A stretch of DNA of 39,811 nt, from IMG/VR virus record IMGVR_UViG_3300049136_000119, positions 1 through 39,811 of that record; one strand, written 5' to 3'. The DNA comes from a virus (taxonomy: Duplodnaviria; Caudoviricetes). Below are positions 18,659 through 26,376 of this stretch, piece after piece. A model generated the notes under the pieces. It did no database searches and was not told where the DNA came from. It worked only from the letters and a program-made list of their open reading frames with translations. The stretch's first letter is position 1. Every line of letters starts with the position of its first letter. The translations under genes were made by a program, and so were the position numbers.

Positions 18659-19399
18659 ATGAGCATGGATACGACGGCTCCGCTCACAGCGGTCATCAGC
18701 GCCCGACGCCCCCTCGCCCCCGAGACCATGAACAGCTTCCTGGAGAGCGCGCCCGGTCCGGTGCGCTGGTACGTGGACCACGGCGAGGGGACCGACTACC
18801 GCGCGGCCGGAGCGGTGGACGTCATCGAGGCGGGCGGCCTCATCCAGGCGCGCAACCTCGCCCTGGGCGACGCCTTCGGCGAGAACCGGGCGTGCGTGCA
18901 GGTCTCCGACGACCTGCGTCGGCTGCGCCGTCACTCCGCGATCGGCGGTGGAGCCGCGGGGCTGGGTGAGGTCATCGAGGCCATGAGCGCCGCGTGCGCC
19001 GAGACGGGCGCGACCCTCGCCGGTCTGCCGCCGACGGACAACGAGTTCTACACCCCCGCCGACCCGAGGCACCGGCACGGCGTGTTCATTGTGGGCGACC
19101 TGATCCACGTGGCTCCGTCGCCGCAGCGGTTCGACCGGCAGCTCCGGTTGAAGGAGGACTACGACTTCACCCTCCAGCACCGTGACGCGGCCGGAGCGGT
19201 GCGGGTGCAGACCTACCTCGCCTCGTTCGCCCATCGCGACAACCGCGGTGGCGCGGTCTCCTACCGGACCATGGAAGCCGAGGCCGAGGCGATCGGCTAC
19301 CTCATGCACAAGTGGCCCGGCGAGTTCCGGCTGAACCCGCGCAGGCCGGGCGAGATCCTTATGCGGCGTCCTTCTCGGACTCGGCGTCGAGCCGCCTGA
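18659..19399 (+). CDS. GT-A fold glycosyltransferase, TET-associated (TAGT/GREB1-like)
   Basis: ARN, CVQVSDDL acidic motif, FD..LRLKEDYDFTLQH, N.GG...YRT, KWP; high-GC third codon positions in this frame; beside the TET gene. Confidence 0.78.
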   Translation: MSMDTTAPLTAVISARRPLAPETMNSFLESAPGPVRWYVDHGEGTDYRAAGAVDVIEAGGLIQARNLALGDAFGENRACVQVSDDLRRLRRHSAIGGGAAGLGEVIEAMSAACAETGATLAGLPPTDNEFYTPADPRHRHGVFIVGDLIHVAPSPQRFDRQLRLKEDYDFTLQHRDAAGAVRVQTYLASFAHRDNRGGAVSYRTMEAEAEAIGYLMHKWPGEFRLNPRRPGEILMRRPSRTRRRAA

Positions 19400-20072
19400 G
19401 AGCGTCCTCGATCTGGGCGGGCTCCACGGCCAGGAGCGCGCCGAGGGCGATCTCCCCACCGGTCATCTCCGCCCCCAGGTCGCGGCGAAGCTCGGCGAAC
19501 CGCTCCATCGCGCGGGTGTGCGCCTCCAACGGCATCACGAGCACCAGCTCCCGCAGACCCGACGCGACCTTATTCCTCGTGCCGAGGTTGGAGATGCGCT
19601 CCTCTTCCTCGGCGGGCGTTTCGGCGTAGGCAGGTTCGGTCTTCGACGGGGGCGCGGTGGTGACCTTGCCGTTGCGGGCGAGCAGGTCCTCGTACTCGTC
19701 CATGTTCCATCCGGTACCCGCGAGCGCGGAGGTGTCCGCGCCGAGGTCGTCCAGGATCGCGAGCACCGCCGCCTCGTCGTAGGTGGCGAGGTCCTGGGTC
19801 TTGTTGTCTGCGAGCAGGATGCGTCGGGCGCGGTCGTCGTCCACGTCCACCCAGAGGACCGGGATCTTCTTGTGGCCCTTCGCCTTGGCAGCCTTCCAGC
19901 GGTGTTCGCCCGCGAGGATGCGCTTGCGGGACGTCTGCGCGAGCACCGCGCCGAAGAAGCCGTTCTCCTGGATGGACTCGGCGATGGCCTTGGTGTCGCC
20001 CTTGCGGGGGTTGTCCGGGTGGGGCTCCAGGGCCTCGACAGAGACGAGTTCGTACTTCTGGTCTGCGAGCAC
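19359..20072 (-). CDS. ParB/Srx-like N-terminal domain protein
   Basis: L.PHPDNPR, IAESI..NGF, ILAGEHRW.AA, LADNK; GAAGGAG RBS before GTG 20072. Confidence 0.88.
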   Translation of the reverse strand: MLADQKYELVSVEALEPHPDNPRKGDTKAIAESIQENGFFGAVLAQTSRKRILAGEHRWKAAKAKGHKKIPVLWVDVDDDRARRILLADNKTQDLATYDEAAVLAILDDLGADTSALAGTGWNMDEYEDLLARNGKVTTAPPSKTEPAYAETPAEEEERISNLGTRNKVASGLRELVLVMPLEAHTRAMERFAELRRDLGAEMTGGEIALGALLAVEPAQIEDALRRLDAESEKDAA

Positions 20073-20086
20073 GGCGCGGTTCTCCT

Positions 20087-20392
20087 TCACGTGAGCCAGG
20101 CCCGGCACATCCCCTGGTGCCGGGAGGTCGTGACCGAGTAGCGCTCATCGGGGATGACCACCGCGCCGTCCGCGCGCACCCACGCGATCGGGGTGGCGAA
20201 GGAGAGCACGGTGTAGACGACGCTGGGGTCCTTGGTGTCGGTGCGGTAACGGATGGCCCACTCGGTGGGGAGTTGTCCGGTGTTCCAGAGCGTTCCGGAG
20301 ATGGCGCTCATGGCCCCGTGAGTCCGGAAGGGTTCGCGTCGGGACAGGAACCCGTCAGGGCCGCCGGCGTCGCGAGTCGCGATCGTGGGCAT
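20087..20392 (-). CDS. Hypothetical phage protein (Y.V.SF.TPIAW...YS.TTSRHQ family)
   Basis: GGAGG RBS before ATG 20392; motif recurrent in actinophage hypotheticals. Confidence 0.7.
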   Translation of the reverse strand: MPTIATRDAGGPDGFLSRREPFRTHGAMSAISGTLWNTGQLPTEWAIRYRTDTKDPSVVYTVLSFATPIAWVRADGAVVIPDERYSVTTSRHQGMCRAWLT

Positions 20393-20494
20393 GGTGGGGA
20401 CCTCCGACTTTTTGGCCAAAACCGTTGCGCGGATTCGCGGCCCTGGCCGCCGGGCTACCTTTGGGGTCCGCAGGGGGAGGCACCCCACCCCCGT

Positions 20495-21508
20495 CTACGA
20501 CTGGCCGTCCACCTCCCAGCGGCGACGGATCGGGAGGGTGAACGTCGGCCCGGCGACGGCGCTGGCGAGGAACGCGTCATCTCCCGCCCGCGGTGGCTCC
20601 AGGTCGTCACGACCCATCCGGTCGGGGAGCAAGCCGTTGCGGTAGGTGCGGTGCGTGCAGCCCTTGCAGGGGTGGAAGTCACGGCGTCCGGAGTAGAGGC
20701 GTCGCCGGGCGGCGTTCATGGCTGGGTGCTGCCACAGCTCGTCCACGGGCGTGGAGTGGACGTTGCCGAGCTTGAACTGACCGCGCCAGTCGTTACAGCA
20801 GAGCGCAACGTTCCCGTCCCACCTGATGGCCATCTCACGGAAGGGGTTGGCACAGCGCTCGTGAGCGAACCGCTCATCAGGAGGGCCAGCGGCACCGGCG
20901 TGGTTGGACAGGTTGCTGTGGTTGCCCTCGTCGGCCTGGCTGATGTCCGCGATCAGGATGAGGCGCTTCTCCCCACGGCGGGGGCGACGGTGAGCGCTGG
21001 CCACCCCGCCCCCCTCGGGGTAGCGGTGGACCTCGACCCCGGGAAGGCGGGTGCCGAGCACGGCGTCACGGGCACGGTGGGGCCGGTAGTCGTCTACCGC
21101 GACGGTGTCGGCCCCGGCAGCGAACAGGACTCCGACGCTGTCCGGCCACCCCTCCAGCAGCGGGATGCCGTTGGTCGTGACCATGATCGGCTGACGCCGA
21201 AGGTGGGACCGGATGATCCGGATCAGGTCGGGAAGGGCGGGGTGCTTGGTGGGTTCACCGTGCATCGCCAGTTCGATCCTCGGGTTCCACCCGGCAGCGG
21301 CGATCTGACGGGCGATGGTCGCGGCGGTGTCCAGGCTCATTGCCTTGTACGGGCCGGACAGGTTGTCGCGGTCGCCGGTGGACTCGCGGATACCCCGGAT
21401 GCCGCAGAAGCTACATCGCAGGTTGCAGCCCTCGACGGGTTCGAGCTGGACCGAGTTCGGTGGCGGCTGAACGTAGTCGGTCGGTGCGGGGCTGGCTGAG
21501 GTGGGCAT
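20495..21508 (-). CDS. Radical SAM protein with C-terminal twitch/SPASM domain
   Basis: CNLRCSFC (CxxxCxxC), HGEP, TTNG; C-X12-G-X4-CC...CKGC auxiliary-cluster motif; CAGGAG RBS. Confidence 0.9.
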   Translation of the reverse strand: MPTSASPAPTDYVQPPPNSVQLEPVEGCNLRCSFCGIRGIRESTGDRDNLSGPYKAMSLDTAATIARQIAAAGWNPRIELAMHGEPTKHPALPDLIRIIRSHLRRQPIMVTTNGIPLLEGWPDSVGVLFAAGADTVAVDDYRPHRARDAVLGTRLPGVEVHRYPEGGGVASAHRRPRRGEKRLILIADISQADEGNHSNLSNHAGAAGPPDERFAHERCANPFREMAIRWDGNVALCCNDWRGQFKLGNVHSTPVDELWQHPAMNAARRRLYSGRRDFHPCKGCTHRTYRNGLLPDRMGRDDLEPPRAGDDAFLASAVAGPTFTLPIRRRWEVDGQS

Positions 21509-21525
21509 CGTGCTCCTGCTCTGGA

Positions 21526-21715
21526 CGGTGCTCGGCCATGAATGCGTGCGGCCGGTGTGAGACGTCCTGACGTCCGGCTCGCGACGGAGACGAATGGCCA
21601 CGCGTGCGGACCGGAACGGGTGAGCTGGACCGGAGGGCGGGGCACGGCCGGTGCTGGGCCATGAATGCGTGCGGCGGCACCCTCAGAGCGCGCGTCGCCC
21701 TGAGGGACGGAGACG
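21526..21715. repeat. Repeat cluster 1: two 27-bp boxes CGGTGCTSGGCCATGAATGCGTGCGGC, each followed 30 nt later by GACGGAGACG
   Basis: 21526-21552 and 21649-21675 (1 mismatch); second boxes 21583-21592 and 21706-21715; period 123 bp. Confidence 0.9.
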
Positions 21716-22026
21716 GAGATGCGCCTGGGCGGGGTCCTCCGGACTTCAGCCTCCGGGCAAGCCCGCCCTGGGCGAGGCCCTTAGCGCGGCGTCGGTGCGA
21801 GTGAGGTCGTCCTCGCCGGCCGCGAGGCCATGCGTGTTGGCGGCATCCTCTGGGCTTGAGTCCCAGTGGGTTCCCAGTCGGGGTGATCGGCCCGAGGTGC
21901 GCCCTTGGGAGCTGTCGGCGCACGAGGGGACCGGCGAGCGTTTCCGCTGGTGAGGGGACTATTAGGCCGCAAAAATAACGGAGCCATAACGCCTCTATTG
22001 TCCCTGGCTCGGGGATTGACTACAAT

Positions 22027-22070
22027 TTGTGAACATTAGTGACGAGGAGTAGTGTTGTGTACACAGCAAC
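22027..22070 (+). promoter_or_regulatory. Housekeeping-sigma-like promoter with palindrome at the start site
   Basis: TTGTGA-N17-TAGTGT, then TGTGTACACA palindrome (22056-22065); AT-rich; matched by 23297-23340. Confidence 0.65.
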
Positions 22071-22110
22071 CGGGAAACGCCCGGTAGCGCCGACCCCCAG
22101 GGAGTTCGAG

Positions 22111-22764
22111 ATGGCCCGTAAGACCACCCCCGCGAAGGCCGACGACGCCACCGAGCAGACCACTCCGGAGGCCACCCCCGCCAAGCCCGCGACCCCCCGT
22201 CGCTCCCGCAAGGCGGCCACCCCCACCCCCGCCGAGGCCACCACCCCGGCGACCGAGAAGAAGGAGACCCCCGTGTCCGAGGACACCACCCCCGCCGAGG
22301 CTCCCGAGGCCGAGACCCCCAAGACGGTCAAGATGAACATCGACGGCATCGGTGAGGTCGAGATCCCGGCCGACACGATCCTGAAGGCGGCCAAGGAGAT
22401 CACCCCGACCAAGGCGGGCACCCGGCCCAGCCGCCCCGCGCTGCCCGAGGAGAACTGGAAGATCGACCCGAAGTACCGCCGGTACTCCGAGGCCATCACC
22501 TACGTCGCGGACCTCAAGGACCCCGAGGCGCAGGCGGGGCTCATGACCGAGCCGGTGCACCTCGCCCCCGGTCTGGCATTGGAGTGGGCGGCGGTCTGCG
22601 AGACCCACTCCGAGAGCCAGCTCCACCGCTCCAAGGGTGCGGCGACCTACGCGGCGGCCGACAGCATGCTCTGGTGCACCCACTGCATGGACAACGTCGC
22701 GAAGTACGCCAAGCGCACTCAGGAGGCCGTCGAGAAGGCCGAGGCTGAGACCGACGAGGAGTAA
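22111..22764 (+). CDS. Hypothetical protein: Pro/Thr/Ala/Glu-rich N-terminus, C-terminal CxxH...CxxC putative Zn domain
   Basis: GGGAG RBS, very strong GC3 bias, VCETH...WCTHC. Confidence 0.8.
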   Translation: MARKTTPAKADDATEQTTPEATPAKPATPRRSRKAATPTPAEATTPATEKKETPVSEDTTPAEAPEAETPKTVKMNIDGIGEVEIPADTILKAAKEITPTKAGTRPSRPALPEENWKIDPKYRRYSEAITYVADLKDPEAQAGLMTEPVHLAPGLALEWAAVCETHSESQLHRSKGAATYAAADSMLWCTHCMDNVAKYAKRTQEAVEKAEAETDEE

Positions 22765-22770
22765 CCCCTA

Positions 22771-22798
22771 GGCGGGGGTGGTCTCGACCACCCCCGCC
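22771..22798. terminator. Intrinsic terminator-like hairpin
   Basis: Perfect 12-bp stem GGCGGGGGTGGT/ACCACCCCCGCC 6 nt after the TAA. Confidence 0.7.
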
Positions 22799-22937
22799 CC
22801 GATTCATCCCATCACCGGATATCACGACCAGTCGCCCCGGTCCGCTCCCGGGGCGACTCCGGACATCCCCGTGGCCACGGCTCGCTGCGCGCGGACGTGC
22901 CGAGGGTGCGCATCTCGCGATCACCTAAACGGGCGTG

Positions 22938-23240
22938 GGCCATGAATGCGTGCGCTTCCACAGGGCGAGCCGTCGTCGTCCTGACAACCCGAGGCCCGGA
23001 TCGGGCGCGGGCGGCGAGTCACCCCCCGTTGCGCATGCCGGGAATCCTCCCTGACCTCAACGCCAACGCGAAGCCCGCTGAGGCCATGAATGCGCGCGGC
23101 ACTCCCTTGGAGGGCAGCGTCGTCCTGGGCGCGAGGTGCTGGCGGGGTGTGCGTCGGCGCGACCGGCCCCGATGCGCCCTCACGGAGTTCTACTGGCTGG
23201 ACCCTCCGCCCCGAGCCAGCCGAAGCCATGAATGCGCGCA
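22938..23240. repeat. Repeat cluster 2: three copies of RGCCATGAATGCGYGC
   Basis: Copies start at 22938, 23082 and 23224 (periods 144 and 142 bp); CGTCGTCCTG lies 19 nt downstream in the first two. Confidence 0.88.
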
Positions 23241-23296
23241 CGACCCTCAGAGTCACGACGGGCACAGTCAGGCATCCCCGACTTAAAAGTCACGCC

Positions 23297-23340
23297 TTGT
23301 GAGGAGTTGTGACCCTTAGTTAGGCTGTGTACACAGCAAC
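23297..23340 (+). promoter_or_regulatory. Second matched promoter with palindrome
   Basis: TTGTGA-N18-TAGGCT overlapping GCTGTGTACACAGC (23324-23337). Confidence 0.65.
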
Positions 23341-23423
23341 ACCGGGGCGCGCCCCGGGTGGCTGGCCATCTCGGACCTCCCGGGATGGAAAACATCCGAT
23401 GACAGGATTACAGGAGGAATCTC

Positions 23424-23732
23424 GTGGACACCCCCGACCCCCACGCGGTGCGCGTCGCGTACTGCACCGACTCGCGCCTCGCACAGCGCGCGCTGACCGA
23501 GCGCATTACGGCGGCCACCCCTGGCAAGGCACCGAAGGCCCTCACCGACGCGGTCGGCCGCTGGTTCGTCGTCCATGTCAACAACGCCCTTCCCGTGGAC
23601 ATGACGTGGGTTCCCCAGTTCGGCGTCCTCATCGGCCCCAGGGGATGGGCCGGTCCCAGCGCCGACGACTTCGTCAAGCGCATCGACCACGAGTGGAAGC
23701 GGTTCCTGAACTACCTGCCCACCAACCGCTAG
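23424..23732 (+). CDS. Hypothetical protein
   Basis: AGGAGG RBS, GC3 bias. Confidence 0.7.
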   Translation: MDTPDPHAVRVAYCTDSRLAQRALTERITAATPGKAPKALTDAVGRWFVVHVNNALPVDMTWVPQFGVLIGPRGWAGPSADDFVKRIDHEWKRFLNYLPTNR

Positions 23733-23758
23733 CCACACCTTCGAGAAAGGACACTTTC

Positions 23759-23920
23759 ATGGACATCGAGCGCGAAATGGTCCTCATCGTCGTCCCGGAC
23801 GGCTGGGACGTCACCGTCTACGGCGACCTGATCGCCCCCTGCGGCGACACGATCAAGCAGGACGGCGAGTGCTCGTGCGGCGAGCACGTGTCCCCCCTGC
23901 GACTGCTGGGGCTCATCTGA
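23759..23920 (+). CDS. Small Cys-containing hypothetical protein (53 aa)
   Basis: GAAAGGA RBS; PCG..I..DG.C.CG..SPL motif. Confidence 0.65.
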   Translation: MDIEREMVLIVVPDGWDVTVYGDLIAPCGDTIKQDGECSCGEHVSPLRLLGLI

Positions 23921-24219
23921 TGGGCCGACAGTGGCGACGCCGACTGCTGCGGACCATCGCCAGATGGCGTGTCAACACGTCGGCACCCCGACCCCAAGTC
24001 CCCAGCCCGGCAGCACTGCCAGTCGATCCCTGGGCGACGTTCACCCGCCACCACAGCGACATCGACTGGTCCGCCTGGACCCCCGCTCCCGCCGTCGAGG
24101 AGATCGACCCCTGCGAGTGCCCCTGCAATCGGGGCACCCCCTGCGCGGGGTGCGGCCACGCCCAGTGCGGAACCGCAGTCGCGACCAACCTCCGAACTCA
24201 GTACAGGAAGGCAGCCTGA
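23920..24219 (+). CDS. Hypothetical protein with Cys-rich C-terminus
   Basis: TGATG coupling at both ends; CECPC...CAGCGH..C. Confidence 0.55.
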   Translation: MGRQWRRRLLRTIARWRVNTSAPRPQVPSPAALPVDPWATFTRHHSDIDWSAWTPAPAVEEIDPCECPCNRGTPCAGCGHAQCGTAVATNLRTQYRKAA

Positions 24220-24731
24220 TGCACGACATCGAGACCGGCGCGAACAGCGCGCGGATGCTTGAGCGGCACCGCGCCCGACGCAACCACGGCTTCTTGCCAT
24301 CCGACGAACAGCTCGTCGCCATCCCCGGGCGCTACGGCCAAGAGGACGTGCCCACCGAGCGCGCGGTCATCCACCTGCACTACATCGGCCCGGATGCCCA
24401 CTGGTGGATCGCTGAACTGTGGCACAGCAAGCAGGAACCCGGGACCTGGGAGGCCTACGGCTACGTCGCCGTCTACCCCGGCGACGCCCCGCAGTGGAGT
24501 CACATGAACCTCACCGAGTTGGAGCGGGTGTCTCTGGCAGTTCCGGTGAGCCGGAAGGCCGCCAGCGATCCCTTCTACGCGTGGTCGAACATGCGCGCCT
24601 ACATCGAGCGGGACCTGACCTGGACGCCCCGCCCCGCTCACGAGTGCGTCCCGGGCGTCACTCTTCCGGCGAACGCGCCGGACCCTGAACGCATCGACGC
24701 CGTCTCCCGCGAGGGAGACCGGCGCCGATGA
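24219..24731 (+). CDS. DUF2958-like protein (paralog 1)
   Basis: HLHY....WWIAE...YGYV...W...L.EL...IERDL.W.P. Confidence 0.7.
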   Translation: MHDIETGANSARMLERHRARRNHGFLPSDEQLVAIPGRYGQEDVPTERAVIHLHYIGPDAHWWIAELWHSKQEPGTWEAYGYVAVYPGDAPQWSHMNLTELERVSLAVPVSRKAASDPFYAWSNMRAYIERDLTWTPRPAHECVPGVTLPANAPDPERIDAVSREGDRRR

Positions 24732-24821
24732 CGACCGCCCAGGCCGGTCACGGAATGGAACCCCAACACCGGCCTGGGCGCGCTTCACCCACCCGATAAC
24801 TCAGGAAGGCAGCAGTACCTA

Positions 24822-25511
24822 ATGTACGACGAGAACAACAAGCGCCAGATCGCGCGCCTGGTCGAGACCCAGCGCAAGTTGCGCGGGCACGACTTCCTGC
24901 CCGGCGACGCCGAGCTGGCCAAGATCCCCGGGGCCTACGAGACCGAGGACGTCCGCGAGTCCTTCAAGAAGGTCCACCTGCACTACTTCGTCCCCGGGGG
25001 CGACTGGTGGCTGGTGGAGGTCTGGCAGGAGGACGCCGGGTCCGACACCGAGCCCCCGCTGTGGATGGGCTTCGGCTACACCCGCTTCGCGTCCATGCCC
25101 GAGGGGGCGGAGTGGGGGTACGTCTCCCTCAACGAGCTGGAGGAACTGAACGTGCGGCCCCCGCTCCCCGACCCTCCGCCGTACCCGCAGGCGTACATCG
25201 CCATCGTCCCGCAGATCATCGTGGAACGGGATCTGGGCTTCACCCCGCAGCTCGCGCACAAGTGCATCCCCGGCATCCCTGCCCCGGCCGACGACTGCGG
25301 CTACCCGTGGGTGCTGGCGTTCGAGCGGTTGCACGACGAGTACAAGTCCGAGGATGACTTGACGAGGACGTGTGAGAAGGCAGCCATCGACGGTGCCCCC
25401 GAGGGTGCCTACCGGTTCGAGGACGGCGAGTGGCAGACCATCGACAAGGCCAGCTCGGCGCTCCGGGAGCTGCTGGCGAGCCACATCAAGGCGGTGGCCG
25501 ACGATGAGTGA
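24822..25511 (+). CDS. DUF2958-like protein (paralog 2, with C-terminal extension)
   Basis: HLHYF...DWWLVE...FGY...EWGYVSL.EL...VERDL.F.P. Confidence 0.75.
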   Translation: MYDENNKRQIARLVETQRKLRGHDFLPGDAELAKIPGAYETEDVRESFKKVHLHYFVPGGDWWLVEVWQEDAGSDTEPPLWMGFGYTRFASMPEGAEWGYVSLNELEELNVRPPLPDPPPYPQAYIAIVPQIIVERDLGFTPQLAHKCIPGIPAPADDCGYPWVLAFERLHDEYKSEDDLTRTCEKAAIDGAPEGAYRFEDGEWQTIDKASSALRELLASHIKAVADDE

Positions 25512-26376
25512 GCTGAGGAATCCGCACTTGCTGGTCCCGGTCCTGCCCCTCCCCACGGGCGACGGCCACGCGTGGCGCTGCTCGCTGTCCCAGGGCTGGG
25601 AGGCCATCGGTCAGTGGGGACGCGACGGCTGGGACATGGGCCACTGGCCCTACTCCATCGTCTGCCGCTGGGACGACCCCAACGGCGAGGTGTTCGCTCT
25701 GGCGACCTACACCGAAAGCGACATCGAGATCCGAGCGTGGGACAACCTCGCTGAGCGCGACGTCGCCCTGGACGAGATCGCCGCGTGGCACTGGCGCGAA
25801 GGGTGGCCGGACGGTCCCGAAGACCTGCCGCCCGAGGGCGAACCGCTGCTGCTCCACCAGCGGGGTCCCTTCTCCCCGGACCGCTACCAGCTCAGCAAGG
25901 AGATGGAAGGCGTCGTCCTGGCGTGCACGGTGTGCAACCAGCGGGTGTTCGGTGGGGAGGAGACCGTCAACGGTGTCGTCTCGGTTGCCTGGGTCCACGG
26001 AGGCCCCTCCGACCACGACGCGATGCCCGCCCCGGCGCGGGTCAGCGAAGTCACCGAAGCCTGCGACTTCTGCGGGCACACGGCGGGGTCGCTGTGGCGC
26101 TTCACTACGGACACCGGCTTCACCGTGAACACCGAGGCCGACGGTGACACCTTCACCGCCACGCACAACAACCAGTGGACGTCGTGCCACCCGTGCATGC
26201 GCCACATCGTGGCCCGCGACGGTGACCGGCTCGCCTTCCGGGCCATGATCCGCGTCCGCAACACGGTGCACAGCAAGTCGGAGGAGTGGTACCGGCTGGC
26301 CGAGCAGCACATCCGGAACGGTCACGCCGCGTTCTTCCTGGCCAACCCCGGCGACCCGGAGAGGATCAGGCGATGA
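25504..26376 (+). CDS. Hypothetical protein, Trp-rich N-domain and several CxxC motifs
   Basis: ATG overlaps the upstream gene end; WG.DGWD.G.WPY; CTVC, CDFC, CHPC. Confidence 0.72.
   Translation: MSELRNPHLLVPVLPLPTGDGHAWRCSLSQGWEAIGQWGRDGWDMGHWPYSIVCRWDDPNGEVFALATYTESDIEIRAWDNLAERDVALDEIAAWHWREGWPDGPEDLPPEGEPLLLHQRGPFSPDRYQLSKEMEGVVLACTVCNQRVFGGEETVNGVVSVAWVHGGPSDHDAMPAPARVSEVTEACDFCGHTAGSLWRFTTDTGFTVNTEADGDTFTATHNNQWTSCHPCMRHIVARDGDRLAFRAMIRVRNTVHSKSEEWYRLAEQHIRNGHAAFFLANPGDPERIRR

Noticed and set aside
17212-18969. 585-aa plus-strand ORF and other long antisense ORFs (e.g. 85..1218, 2976..4259, 10699..12084, 20117..21499, 30904..32166)
   Set aside because: Shadow frames of well-supported genes in high-GC DNA; no motifs or RBS
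18636-19420. Invertible (phase-variable) segment explaining the GT orientation
   Set aside because: Only a 6-bp CCAGAT/ATCTGG match flanks it, and no invertase is in the window
18635-19459. 274-aa minus-strand ORF that would keep the operon co-directional
   Set aside because: Antisense to the glycosyltransferase, which has the family motifs and codon bias; this frame has neither
20712-20723. GCCATGAACGCC on the minus strand resembling the repeat
   Set aside because: Inside the rSAM coding frame (AMNA), partial match, opposite orientation; probably chance
21526-23240. CRISPR or TIGR array
   Set aside because: Periods of 123-144 bp, short non-palindromic repeats and interruption by a gene fit neither; the Cas4-like gene is a stand-alone phage exonuclease about 15 kb away
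22897-23302. ORFs containing repeated 'AMNA(C/R)' (22897..23286, 23090..23302, 21651..21953)
   Set aside because: No RBS, poor codon bias, the frame is not kept between units (142 bp) and unit 1 stops after 10 codons; treated as a nucleotide motif
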